DNA of 64,000 bases from an uncultured Verrucomicrobiae bacterium. GTDB lineage: Bacteria > Verrucomicrobiota > Verrucomicrobiia > Limisphaerales > Palsa-1400. Each line of letters starts with the position of its first letter. Positions within the stretch are counted from its first letter, which is position 1. The notes beneath the pieces were generated by a model, which was given only the letters and a program-made list of their open reading frames with translations, had not been told where the DNA came from and ran no database searches. Position numbers and translations under genes: made by a program. This document shows, in pieces, positions 1 through 8,736 of this stretch. The DNA is taken from the NCBI GenBank assembly GCA_963702845.1, contig OY969763.1:3104001-3168000 (forward strand), given 5' to 3'.

Positions 1-2115
1 CACATCCTACCCAAACTCACACCAAAGGGTCAGGGTGAAAACATCCTGCGCATCCCTCTCATTTCAGACGCTGAAATGAAGCGCCGAAAAGCTCGCGAAG
101 AAAAAATCACCAAGCTCGACTCCCAAATCGAAAAACTCATCGACACCGAACTAAAATCCCAAAGCGACAAACTTCTGCCGCGCATCGCCGGATATCTCAA
201 TTCCGTACCGCAGGTTTCCAAACCGGCAAACTCCCCAAACACAGTTGATACACGGATATTACAACTTTGGCGCTCCTATCTCGGCCTCGCCGATCTCCAT
301 CTCCTATCCAAATTCGTCCCCAACATCACCGACAAACCCGGCCTGCATGCCATACGCAACGTCGCCAACGCCGACACACCATCCGCTGTCGCCAACACCA
401 CCGACCAAGAAGTCTCATTCATCACCATAAAAATGCCACCCCACTCCGTCGCCGTTCATCCACCGCCGAGTGGCGCGGTCGCCGTCGCATGGAAATGTCC
501 GACCTCCGGCAAATTCACCATCAACGGTCACGTCACCGACGCCGACCCAAACTGCGGCGACGGCATCGCCTGGAAACTGTCCATCCGCAACAAATCCGAA
601 CCACTGGAATCCGGAATGATTTCCAACGGCGGCGAACAACCGATCCACGAACTAACTGACGTCGTAATCAACGCCGGCGAATTGCTCGAACTCCAAGTCC
701 TTCCCAAAGGCGAATACTCCTGCGACACCACGCTGATTCAATTCGAAATCAGTGACGCCAACCATACGTGGAAACTCCAATCCGACGTCCTCAACGACTT
801 CGCCTCCAACCCACACTCCGACAATTACGGCAACAACAGCGTCTGGCATTTCTACGACCTCTCCACCCAACTCGCCGATCCTGTCGCCGCCGGCTCACTC
901 TTGGCCAAATGGCGATTCTCAACCAACGACACGGAGAAAACAAATCTCGCCAACGAAATCCAACAAGCGCTGCTTACCAAGACTAATGTCGCAATCACCA
1001 ACCTCCTCGCCGACCTAACAAATTCCCACTCCGCGTTCTGGAACCCGGCGCGCTCGGACGAATCCGCTTTCTCAAAATCCGCTCGTGATCAACTCGTCTC
1101 TCTGCGCACCGAAGCGGATTCCATCCGCAAAGTTTCTCTGCCCCCGATTCAAATGGCCAACGGCCTCCAGGAAGGCGGCGTTCCCGAAAGCCCGCACGCT
1201 GGAGTTCACGACGTCAAACTCCACATCCGTGGCCGCTACGATCGCCTTGGCGATTTAGTCCCACGCGGTTTCCCGAAAATCCTCAGCGAAGGCGAACCAC
1301 CCGCGATCACCAACGGCAGCGGTCGCCTCGAACTCGCGCGCTGGGTAGCCAGTGACAAAAACCCGCTCACCGCGCGCGTCATGGTCAACCGCATCTGGCA
1401 ACACCATTTCGGCGAAGGCATCGTGCGCACCCCAAACAACTTTGGAAAACTCGGCACGCCACCGAACCATCCCGAACTCCTCGACTACCTTGCCACCGAA
1501 TTCATCAAGAGCGGCTGGTCCATCAAAGCCATGCATCGTGCCGTCATGCTCAGCGCCACCTATCAACAATCCAGCATTCCCGATCCTGCAACGCAAAAAG
1601 CCGATCCCGACAATTTGCTAGTAGGCCACATGAACCGCCAACGTCTGGAATCCGAGTCCATCCGTGACAGCCTCTTGAGCGCCAGTGGCGAACTCGACCT
1701 AGCCATGTTCGGCCCGAGCATCCGCGACCTCAACACCAAACGCCGCACCGTCTACGTCACCACCATCCGCAGCGACCGCGCAACCTATCAAAGTCTGTTC
1801 GACTGCGCCGACCCGACCGCTGTCGTCGAAAAACGCATCACCTCCACCGTCGCGCCGCAAAGTCTGTTTCTACTCAACAATGATTTCGTCATGACCCGCG
1901 CCGCCCAACTCGCCAAACGCGCGATACATGACGTTCCAAAATCAGACAGACAACGTATCACTTGGCTCTACGACCTCCTCTACAGCCGCCCCGCAACAGA
2001 TCGCGAAATCAAACTCGCCCTAAATTCTTTCGATAAAACCCAACCCGCCGACGTCCAATGGCAGCAATATTGCCAAGTGCTCCTTTGCGCGAATGAGTTT
2101 ATTTATATAGATTAA
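1..2115 (+). CDS. DUF1553 (PSD1) domain protein, 5'-truncated by window edge
   Basis: Frame open from base 1. Motifs GSGRLELARW, NPLTARVMVNRIWQHHFGEGIV, HPELLDYLA, RLESESIRD and PQSLFLLN are typical of DUF1553. A DUF1501 gene lies downstream. Confidence 0.9.
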   Translation, partial: HILPKLTPKGQGENILRIPLISDAEMKRRKAREEKITKLDSQIEKLIDTELKSQSDKLLPRIAGYLNSVPQVSKPANSPNTVDTRILQLWRSYLGLADLHLLSKFVPNITDKPGLHAIRNVANADTPSAVANTTDQEVSFITIKMPPHSVAVHPPPSGAVAVAWKCPTSGKFTINGHVTDADPNCGDGIAWKLSIRNKSEPLESGMISNGGEQPIHELTDVVINAGELLELQVLPKGEYSCDTTLIQFEISDANHTWKLQSDVLNDFASNPHSDNYGNNSVWHFYDLSTQLADPVAAGSLLAKWRFSTNDTEKTNLANEIQQALLTKTNVAITNLLADLTNSHSAFWNPARSDESAFSKSARDQLVSLRTEADSIRKVSLPPIQMANGLQEGGVPESPHAGVHDVKLHIRGRYDRLGDLVPRGFPKILSEGEPPAITNGSGRLELARWVASDKNPLTARVMVNRIWQHHFGEGIVRTPNNFGKLGTPPNHPELLDYLATEFIKSGWSIKAMHRAVMLSATYQQSSIPDPATQKADPDNLLVGHMNRQRLESESIRDSLLSASGELDLAMFGPSIRDLNTKRRTVYVTTIRSDRATYQSLFDCADPTAVVEKRITSTVAPQSLFLLNNDFVMTRAAQLAKRAIHDVPKSDRQRITWLYDLLYSRPATDREIKLALNSFDKTQPADVQWQQYCQVLLCANEFIYID

Positions 2116-2128
2116 TCAACGCATCGAT

Positions 2129-2512
2129 ATGTTTGACTGGTTCAACAAAAAATCTACGCCTGTGCAAGGACCTGACTTTTCTGGCATAAACACAAAAGAC
2201 AAAGCAGAGGCGGGGTGCCAAAGCGGTGAACTGGAAAAGTTGTTCCTTCTTCCAGCTGAATTTGGCGGTTCTGAAGATTCACGAAACGTCGTCTACGTGC
2301 CGCGGGGCTTCGTGGCAATTAAAGTCGATATCGACAACAACATCATTAAACCGCTCGTCGCGAAAGGAAAGGTGGCGCGCTATGAGGCTGTCCCGGAATA
2401 TGCCGGAAAAAGCTTCGTCCCAATAGCGATCAAAATCGTCGCATCCAATCCAAGTTCCTTCACAAGCGATATTAATATTTGGGGCAAGGCTTTAGGGAGG
2501 ACGCCTAGCTGA
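2129..2512 (+). CDS. hypothetical protein (127 aa)
   Basis: Clean ORF filling the gap between the DUF1553 and DUF1501 genes; no recognised motif. Confidence 0.7.
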   Translation: MFDWFNKKSTPVQGPDFSGINTKDKAEAGCQSGELEKLFLLPAEFGGSEDSRNVVYVPRGFVAIKVDIDNNIIKPLVAKGKVARYEAVPEYAGKSFVPIAIKIVASNPSSFTSDINIWGKALGRTPS

Positions 2513-2518
2513 TCAATC

Positions 2519-3934
2519 ATGTACCCTTTGCCAATAACCCGCCGCCAGGCTCTCCGCCGTTTCGCCAACGGCTTCGGCATGCTCGGCCTCGCTGGATTAT
2601 TCGCCAACGATTTTATTTCGAGCGCATTTGCGGCTGACAACCCGCTCGTCGTCAAACCGCCGCAATTTCCGGCGAAAGCAAAGCGTATCATTTTCCTGTT
2701 CATGTCCGGCGGCCCATCGCACGTCGACACTTTCGATCCAAAACCGCGTTTAGCAAAGGACAACGGCAAACCGCTCCCGTTTGAAAAACCAAAGCTCGAA
2801 CGCACGAAAACCGGCAACCTTCTCGCCTCGCCCTGGTCATTCCAAAAACACGGCCAGTGCGGGACGGAAGTCAGCGAACTTTTGCCGCACCTTTCCACCT
2901 GCGTCGACGACATGTGCGTCATCCGCTGCATGGTCGCCGACAACATCAATCACAACGGCGCTTGCCTGCAGATGAATACCGGCGAGCAGGCCTTCTCGCG
3001 ACCAAGCATGGGCTCGTGGCTTAACTACGGGCTCGGCAGCGAAAACCAGGACCTGCCCGGCTTCATCGTCATCAGCCCCGCGCAACCGGCCCAGGGCGCG
3101 CCGCTCTGGAGCTCCAGTTTTCTCCCTGCGGCTTATCAAGGGACGCTCGTCTCCGATTTAAAGAACCCGATCAACAATCTCAAAAACCCGACCTTCACCG
3201 TCGCGCAACAACGCCATCAACTCGATCTCCTAAAAGACCTCAACAAACTCCACGCCGCCGCGCGCGAGGAAGACAGCCGTTTGAGCGCGCGCATCGAATC
3301 CTTCGAACTCGCCTTCCGCATGCAAGCCAAAGCGCCCGAAGCCTTCGACATTTCGAGCGAATCGCCCGAAACTAAAAAACTTTACGGCCTCGACGAAAAA
3401 ATCACCGAGACGTTCGGCAAACAATGTCTGATGGCCCGCCGCCTCGCCGAACGCGGCGTCCGCATGGTTCAGGTCTATCACACGCAGACGACTTATCGCT
3501 CCAGTTGCCAACTTTGGGATCAACACGGCGAACTCCGCAAAGAACTGCCGAACAACTGCGCGGCCGTCGACAAGCCCATCGCCGGCCTGTTGAAAGATCT
3601 GAAAGCCCGCGGCCTGCTCGAAGATACTCTCGTCATCTGGGGCGGCGAATTCGGCCGCACGCCCACCGCCGAAGGCACCAATGGCCGCGAACATCATCCC
3701 TTCGGTTTCACCATGTGGCTCGCCGGCGGCGGCGTCAAAGGCGGCATGACCTACGGCGCGACCGACGAATTCGGCTGGCACGCCGTGGAAAACAAAGTCC
3801 ACGTCCACGATCTCCACGCCACCATCCTGCACCTGATGGGCATCAACCACGAAAAGCTGACCTACCGCTACAGCGGCCGCGACTACCGCCTGACCGATGT
3901 CAGCGGGAATGTCGTAAAAGACATCCTCGGCTGA
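2519..3934 (+). CDS. DUF1501 domain protein (Tat-exported, sulfatase-like)
   Basis: TRRQAL twin-arginine leader; AKRIIFLFMSGGPSHVDTFDPKP, WGGEFGRTP and VHDLHATILHLMG motifs. Confidence 0.92.
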   Translation: MYPLPITRRQALRRFANGFGMLGLAGLFANDFISSAFAADNPLVVKPPQFPAKAKRIIFLFMSGGPSHVDTFDPKPRLAKDNGKPLPFEKPKLERTKTGNLLASPWSFQKHGQCGTEVSELLPHLSTCVDDMCVIRCMVADNINHNGACLQMNTGEQAFSRPSMGSWLNYGLGSENQDLPGFIVISPAQPAQGAPLWSSSFLPAAYQGTLVSDLKNPINNLKNPTFTVAQQRHQLDLLKDLNKLHAAAREEDSRLSARIESFELAFRMQAKAPEAFDISSESPETKKLYGLDEKITETFGKQCLMARRLAERGVRMVQVYHTQTTYRSSCQLWDQHGELRKELPNNCAAVDKPIAGLLKDLKARGLLEDTLVIWGGEFGRTPTAEGTNGREHHPFGFTMWLAGGGVKGGMTYGATDEFGWHAVENKVHVHDLHATILHLMGINHEKLTYRYSGRDYRLTDVSGNVVKDILG

Positions 3935-4008
3935 TTCGTCGGCCATCAGATTTCTATTAAATATCAAAGAACAACGGACGGGCGATAACGCCGGCCCGGA
4001 AAATTGAT

Positions 4009-4497
4009 TCAGGGTTCGCTTTGCGATTTAAAACGAGCGGTGTACGCGCTGAGCTTTTTAGCTTCAATCTCAAGGCGATCGCGAGAGAGGGCGGTTGCTT
4101 CGCGCTGAGTATGGATGCGAACCAGTTTGAAAAAGCCATCGGCGGTGTCGAGCTTCAGGTTCGCAGGATCGAATGCGGCAACAGTGTCGGCGATTTGCAT
4201 CGCCACCAGATTCTCGTTAAAGCGACCAACGTGCGCTTCGTCCTCGGCAGTCATGGTGCGCACTTGATTGAGGGCGGCTTCAGTCCGTGTGAGGAGCCAC
4301 TGGCCGTAACCCGAGCGACGCCAGCGGGTGAGGTTAAATTTGTTGAGGCCGGGGTAGCCCTTGTCCGCCAAATGTTGAATGATCGTTTTATATTCCACGC
4401 CATCGTGGATGGATTGGTTAACGTATTCGATGAGAGCAGAGGGCAATTGAGACACTTTGCCGGTCGGCTTTCGTGAGAGATGAAGTTTAATTTCCAT
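4009..4497 (-). CDS. hypothetical protein with DUF3486/phage Mu gp27-like N-terminus
   Basis: N-terminal GKVSQLP...VNQSIHDG...IIQHL...NLTRWR..GY..WL resembles the HTH-like DUF3486 pattern. The ATG at 4497 is preferred over the ORF start at 4530. Confidence 0.5.
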   Translation of the reverse strand: MEIKLHLSRKPTGKVSQLPSALIEYVNQSIHDGVEYKTIIQHLADKGYPGLNKFNLTRWRRSGYGQWLLTRTEAALNQVRTMTAEDEAHVGRFNENLVAMQIADTVAAFDPANLKLDTADGFFKLVRIHTQREATALSRDRLEIEAKKLSAYTARFKSQSEP

Positions 4498-4525
4498 ATA
4501 GTAAGGGGGGGGTGGTGTGTTTAAC

Positions 4526-4622
4526 CGCAACTAGGCGCAACTCTCCGCAATTCACCTCGGAAGGCTAAGTTGGCGAAATCCGTAACATTCCGCAAGATTC
4601 CGTAACTCTCCGCATATTTCCG
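4526..4622. repeat. 10-bp-period degenerate tandem repeats
   Basis: CGCAA at 4526/4536/4546 and TCCG at 4579/4589/4599/4609/4619. Confidence 0.75.
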
Positions 4623-4776
4623 TGTCATTGTATTCATATTCGTTGTTCCTGTGGCATGATCCGGTCGCCTTGACCAATTCACTGCATTCCGATGCAAATG
4701 GTCACATGCCACGTAAGTAGTGTCTACATAACGCAGCTTTCTTTGTCAACAATGTAAATTGTCGAAGGGCGCTTGA

Positions 4777-4875
4777 AAGTGGACAGTCACAGCGGAACCG
4801 TTCGCAGTAAAAGGCCCCGGTGGCAAACTAACCAACAAAGACATCGATCACCTTCTTTATGGTCGGACGTCGTGA
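4777..4875 (+). pseudogene. antitoxin C-terminal remnant
   Basis: Frame without a start codon, AEPFAVKGPGGKLTNKDIDHLLYGRTS*, overlapping the PIN start. The ...D..LYG ending is typical of antitoxins upstream of PIN toxins. Confidence 0.5.
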
Positions 4876-5173
4876 CGTATTTCTCGACACCTCGGGCCTT
4901 TTTTCTGCGCTGGTAGACAAAAACGACGGCTGGCACGACAAAGCCGCCCACTTGGTCCGCCAAATCCTCCAAAGCCACCGGAAGCTCGTTACCACTGATC
5001 AAATTATCAGTGAGACCGTCAACCTTGCCATCGCCCGCAAAAGCCATTTCGTTGGCAAACGTGTTCTCGACCTCGTGGAACAAAGCGCCGGCATTTCGGT
5101 CGAATGGATCGACTCCTTGACGTCAGACGTTGTTTTTGTCGCAAATTTTAGTTTGTTACTGAATACTCGATAA
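4859..5173 (+). pseudogene. truncated PIN-domain (VapC-like) toxin
   Basis: VFLDTSG...D.WH..A...LVTTD.IISET motif present. The C-terminal acidic motifs (S.TD, D.HF) are absent after VEWID. Confidence 0.7.
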
Positions 5174-5195
5174 ACCCAGCCGGTCATTTCCTATC

Positions 5196-6974
5196 ATGAC
5201 AAAATTTACGCGCCGCAACTTTTTTGAGAAAACGGCGATGGCGATGGGTGCTGCGGTGGCTGCCGCGCCGGGAATGGGTTTGGCAAAGATGGCTGGTTCG
5301 GAGGGACCGACTTTTTCCCGACCGGGTTTTTCTTTTCTGCACACATATGAAGGCAGCGGACGCTATTGGCGCGGCCTGGAAAAGGCTGGTTTGCTGCGAC
5401 GCACCACGGGCGTGCGATTGGTCAATTCGCCCTGGGCCGACGACGCGTTGCGTTTTAATTCTGTCGCCCGGGCAGACGGTGAATTGCATCGCATTATCCA
5501 GAAACGAAAGTGCCCCTTTGTCATCGATCGAGTGACCGGCGGCGCGCACTATCGACCCTACAATTACGACCAATCACTGATCGAGAGCTACGCCAGGTTG
5601 CTCGGCAACAAATTCCTGGGCGGGCAAGTGCATGAAACCGTCTGTAACACGCATAACGATTGGGATCGTTTTGTCAGTGCGAACAAAAAGTTCACTACTG
5701 AACCAATCAATCCGGACGAATTGCGAAGTTATTTTACCTGCAAAAACGCCCCACGCTGCCTGGAATACGGAACAGTGGACGATTACGCCGGACGAATGCA
5801 TCCCAGGGATAACAATGATTTCTGGCGGGAAATTGAGTCGAACTTCCGTCGTGAGAGCAAACGTTTCGGCTCGCATACCAGCTACTGCGAAGGCAGTGCG
5901 TGGGGAGACCTGACGTGGCACGCTTTTTATAAATCTGGCGCAAACTTCTGTCTGGCTGAACTCGGTGCTTGGGCTTCGTCGAAATCGCAATTTGCCATTG
6001 CCAGCCTGCGCGGCGCGGCGCGGGCAGCGGGCAAGCCGTGGGGCATTTTCTATGCGCCATGGGGTCCAGAAGGATGCACCGCGATGGTTCCGGAAAAGGA
6101 TTGGTCCTGGCAATGCCCCATCACATTTTTCGAAGGAACCGGCTGGCCAATGGGACCAGACCGCGGTCCATCCACCGCATTACAACAGCGGCTGTTTTTT
6201 CATGCTTACCTGTCCGGGGCCTGGACGCTTCACGAGGAATGGGGTGCCGAATGTAATTTGCTCGATTGGGAAACAGCACAGCTTTCCTGTTGCGGCCATA
6301 TCACGCAGGCACTGCTGGACTTTCAGGAGAAACATCCTGACGTCGGCGAGCCATACACGCCACTTGCTCTCGTTCTGGACGCGCGGATTCCCACGTCTGA
6401 CGCGCCGCTGTGGGAAGAAATCAAAACGGCTCTTTTTCAAAATAGCCCCAAAGACAAGGCCTGCGCTACCCGCAAGAATTCTGGCATTGCCGAAGCGGAT
6501 TGCTACGCACCGTGTGTTGTCCCGGAAATATTCAACATCGTGCCCGCGGATGCACCCGCTTCTGTTTGGAACCAATACAAAGAAACGATCCTGGTCGGAA
6601 CTGGAGCACCTCCTCCGGGCGCTAAAGTTTTCCCACCCGAAAAGCAGGCCGGAGAAATCATCCGAAGTGCGCAGAAGCTATCTCCGTTCGAACGAAGCAC
6701 ACACCTGCCTATGCAAATCAATTACCGTAAGCATGACGGAGCGTGGATCGTTGGCCTGCATAATCCGTGGGGTGCTCGTCGTGGTGATGTTAGGAACCTT
6801 GGCAGCATTCTGAACGAGAGCTGCGCGCAACGAGAAGTCTTTCAGCCAAAATTTTCCATGAAATCAGCGAAAGTAATCCACGCGTGGCCCGCCAGTTCGC
6901 GCCTGTCACGCCACGGCGATACGCTTGAAGCGATTGTAGGCGCAGGCGGCACTCTGATCGTTGAAGTCAGATAG
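5196..6974 (+). CDS. Tat-exported hypothetical protein, possibly carbohydrate-active
   Basis: TRRNFF twin-arginine leader; 592-aa ORF; family not recognised. Confidence 0.7.
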   Translation: MTKFTRRNFFEKTAMAMGAAVAAAPGMGLAKMAGSEGPTFSRPGFSFLHTYEGSGRYWRGLEKAGLLRRTTGVRLVNSPWADDALRFNSVARADGELHRIIQKRKCPFVIDRVTGGAHYRPYNYDQSLIESYARLLGNKFLGGQVHETVCNTHNDWDRFVSANKKFTTEPINPDELRSYFTCKNAPRCLEYGTVDDYAGRMHPRDNNDFWREIESNFRRESKRFGSHTSYCEGSAWGDLTWHAFYKSGANFCLAELGAWASSKSQFAIASLRGAARAAGKPWGIFYAPWGPEGCTAMVPEKDWSWQCPITFFEGTGWPMGPDRGPSTALQQRLFFHAYLSGAWTLHEEWGAECNLLDWETAQLSCCGHITQALLDFQEKHPDVGEPYTPLALVLDARIPTSDAPLWEEIKTALFQNSPKDKACATRKNSGIAEADCYAPCVVPEIFNIVPADAPASVWNQYKETILVGTGAPPPGAKVFPPEKQAGEIIRSAQKLSPFERSTHLPMQINYRKHDGAWIVGLHNPWGARRGDVRNLGSILNESCAQREVFQPKFSMKSAKVIHAWPASSRLSRHGDTLEAIVGAGGTLIVEVR

Positions 6975-6993
6975 CTCTGACTACCATCGATCT

Positions 6994-7413
6994 TCAATGC
7001 TCGACGCTTACCATCCAACCAACACCGAACTTATCGGTGAGCATACCGAACTTGGATGTCCAAAATGTTTTTGTCAGAGGCATGCGCACTTGTCCGCCGG
7101 CAACAAGAGCGTTAAAGAGTTTTTCAGCTTCGGCATCGTTCGCTGCGGAAACACCCAGGGAAAAACCTTCGAATTTCGCGGTGGCTTCGCAGCCATCGGA
7201 GGCCATCAGCACTGAACTGCCAATTCGGAAGCTTGAATGCATGATTTTGTTTTCCCACCCCGCAGGAACCATCCCCGGCGGGTGCGGCTCAGGACTTTCG
7301 TTGTAACGCATGATGAAGTCCACTTGCGCACCGAGTGCGGATTTATAGAAATCGAGCGCTTCCTGGCAACGACCACCGAAGAACAAATACGGCTGGACTG
7401 ATTTGTCTTTCAT
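6994..7413 (-). CDS. VOC family (PhnB-like) protein
   Basis: PYLFFGGRCQEALDFY, KIMHSS and TFWTSKFGMLTDKFGVGWM motifs. Confidence 0.92.
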   Translation of the reverse strand: MKDKSVQPYLFFGGRCQEALDFYKSALGAQVDFIMRYNESPEPHPPGMVPAGWENKIMHSSFRIGSSVLMASDGCEATAKFEGFSLGVSAANDAEAEKLFNALVAGGQVRMPLTKTFWTSKFGMLTDKFGVGWMVSVEH

Positions 7414-7458
7414 TTGACTAAGCTAACCCGAGACCGATGTCGCACAAGGGGAAATGGT

Positions 7459-7734
7459 CTACCGAAAGAAAATCGCCCAGAGGCCGCTGATGACGATTAG
7501 TAAAATAATCGCGATCACCCACCAAAATCGGCTGATGCCGTGTGGAACGGCTTTCTTTTTGCCGAACTCGCGGTCGACGAATTCGTCGTAATCGAAGTTT
7601 TCCTCCGGCAAGTCCAAGCCATCAACGTGCGTTTCGTCAGACCAACCCGTCGATTCGTCTGACCCGCATTCGGGACAGGATTTAGCGTTGCGCGGGACGT
7701 CGGCGCCGCAGTTGGGGCAGACTTCGGGAGTCAT
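7459..7734 (-). CDS. zinc-ribbon membrane protein
   Basis: CPNCG...CPECG, acidic linker and C-terminal TM helix. Confidence 0.8.
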   Translation of the reverse strand: MTPEVCPNCGADVPRNAKSCPECGSDESTGWSDETHVDGLDLPEENFDYDEFVDREFGKKKAVPHGISRFWWVIAIILLIVISGLWAIFFR

Positions 7735-7785
7735 GAAGCAAGGCTAAAGGCTAAAAGCTGAAGGCTAAAGTGAAAAAGAAACGGC

Positions 7786-8559
7786 TCAATGCGGCCAGGC
7801 TTGGGTGAACTCACCGACGATGCCGTGCGCGTTCCAGGCGGAATCGGGAACGGTAGTTGGATCGATACTCCAGCGCGAAGCCAATTGGTTCACCTTTTCA
7901 CAATTGAGCGTAAGGCCATCCTTGGCGCTAAAGAGACTGGCGCTCACACCGTATTCATAACAGGTCATTTCGAGTTCTTTTTCTGCGGCGGTGAGCGGAC
8001 CCTGGTTCCAAAGCGTTTCGCCACCCCATGCGTAGGCGCGAAACACCTCGCCTTTGTCGATCAAGGCCCACGCGTGGTAATTCAGAACACGATTCGTATC
8101 AAAAAATTGGACGTGCCCGAGCTTGCGGCTGAGGTCGGCGAGGAAGTGATAGGTAATATCCACGTCTTCGGCCGGATCTGGAAGTCCCGAACCGACCACC
8201 AGAATCCAACCGGAAATTACGGGTGAGACGAATAGCTTATCGTCGTGCGCTTCAACCAAACCTTCTTCCCACGAACAGGGGGTGGTGTGGTGAAGGTGGA
8301 GCGCTTCCTGAACTGCCCGGGCGTTGTTGCTTTTGACGGCAAGCCAGCGAGTGGGCTGGTCGAACGAAAACGGACGATAGCTGCTGACGCCAGTATTAAA
8401 AACGGGTGTGTTAAACTGGGCTTCCAAAGCCGCCTCGTGCCGGCGAGCCTGGGCTCGTCTTAACGCACAGGCGATGAAGAATATCCCCGTCCCTAAAACG
8501 ATGCCGAAAGGAATCAACATCAGCAGCCACGCAACTTCCTTAATCTCTGAAGGGCTCAC
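7786..8559 (-). CDS. hypothetical membrane-anchored protein
   Basis: N-terminal hydrophobic helix; 257-aa ORF. Confidence 0.7.
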   Translation of the reverse strand: MSPSEIKEVAWLLMLIPFGIVLGTGIFFIACALRRAQARRHEAALEAQFNTPVFNTGVSSYRPFSFDQPTRWLAVKSNNARAVQEALHLHHTTPCSWEEGLVEAHDDKLFVSPVISGWILVVGSGLPDPAEDVDITYHFLADLSRKLGHVQFFDTNRVLNYHAWALIDKGEVFRAYAWGGETLWNQGPLTAAEKELEMTCYEYGVSASLFSAKDGLTLNCEKVNQLASRWSIDPTTVPDSAWNAHGIVGEFTQAWPH

Positions 8560-8736
8560 CTTGTTGTTAATCTAGTCTCCCAATTTGGTTGTTCAACAGG
8601 GAAAAGCTTTATTTCTCACCCCATGGAAAACATTCGCGGCGCGTGCGTTGCACCGGAAAACTTACAAAAAAACTGGCGCGCGGGGCTTGCGAAATGTTCA
8701 ATGGACGGCAACGAACCATCGTCCAAAACCCTGATC

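Noticed and set aside
7741..7768. 7-bp tandem repeat AGGCTAA x4 (similar heptamers at 20741-20763)
   Set aside because: Short intergenic heptamer repeats with no further structure; no supportable function.
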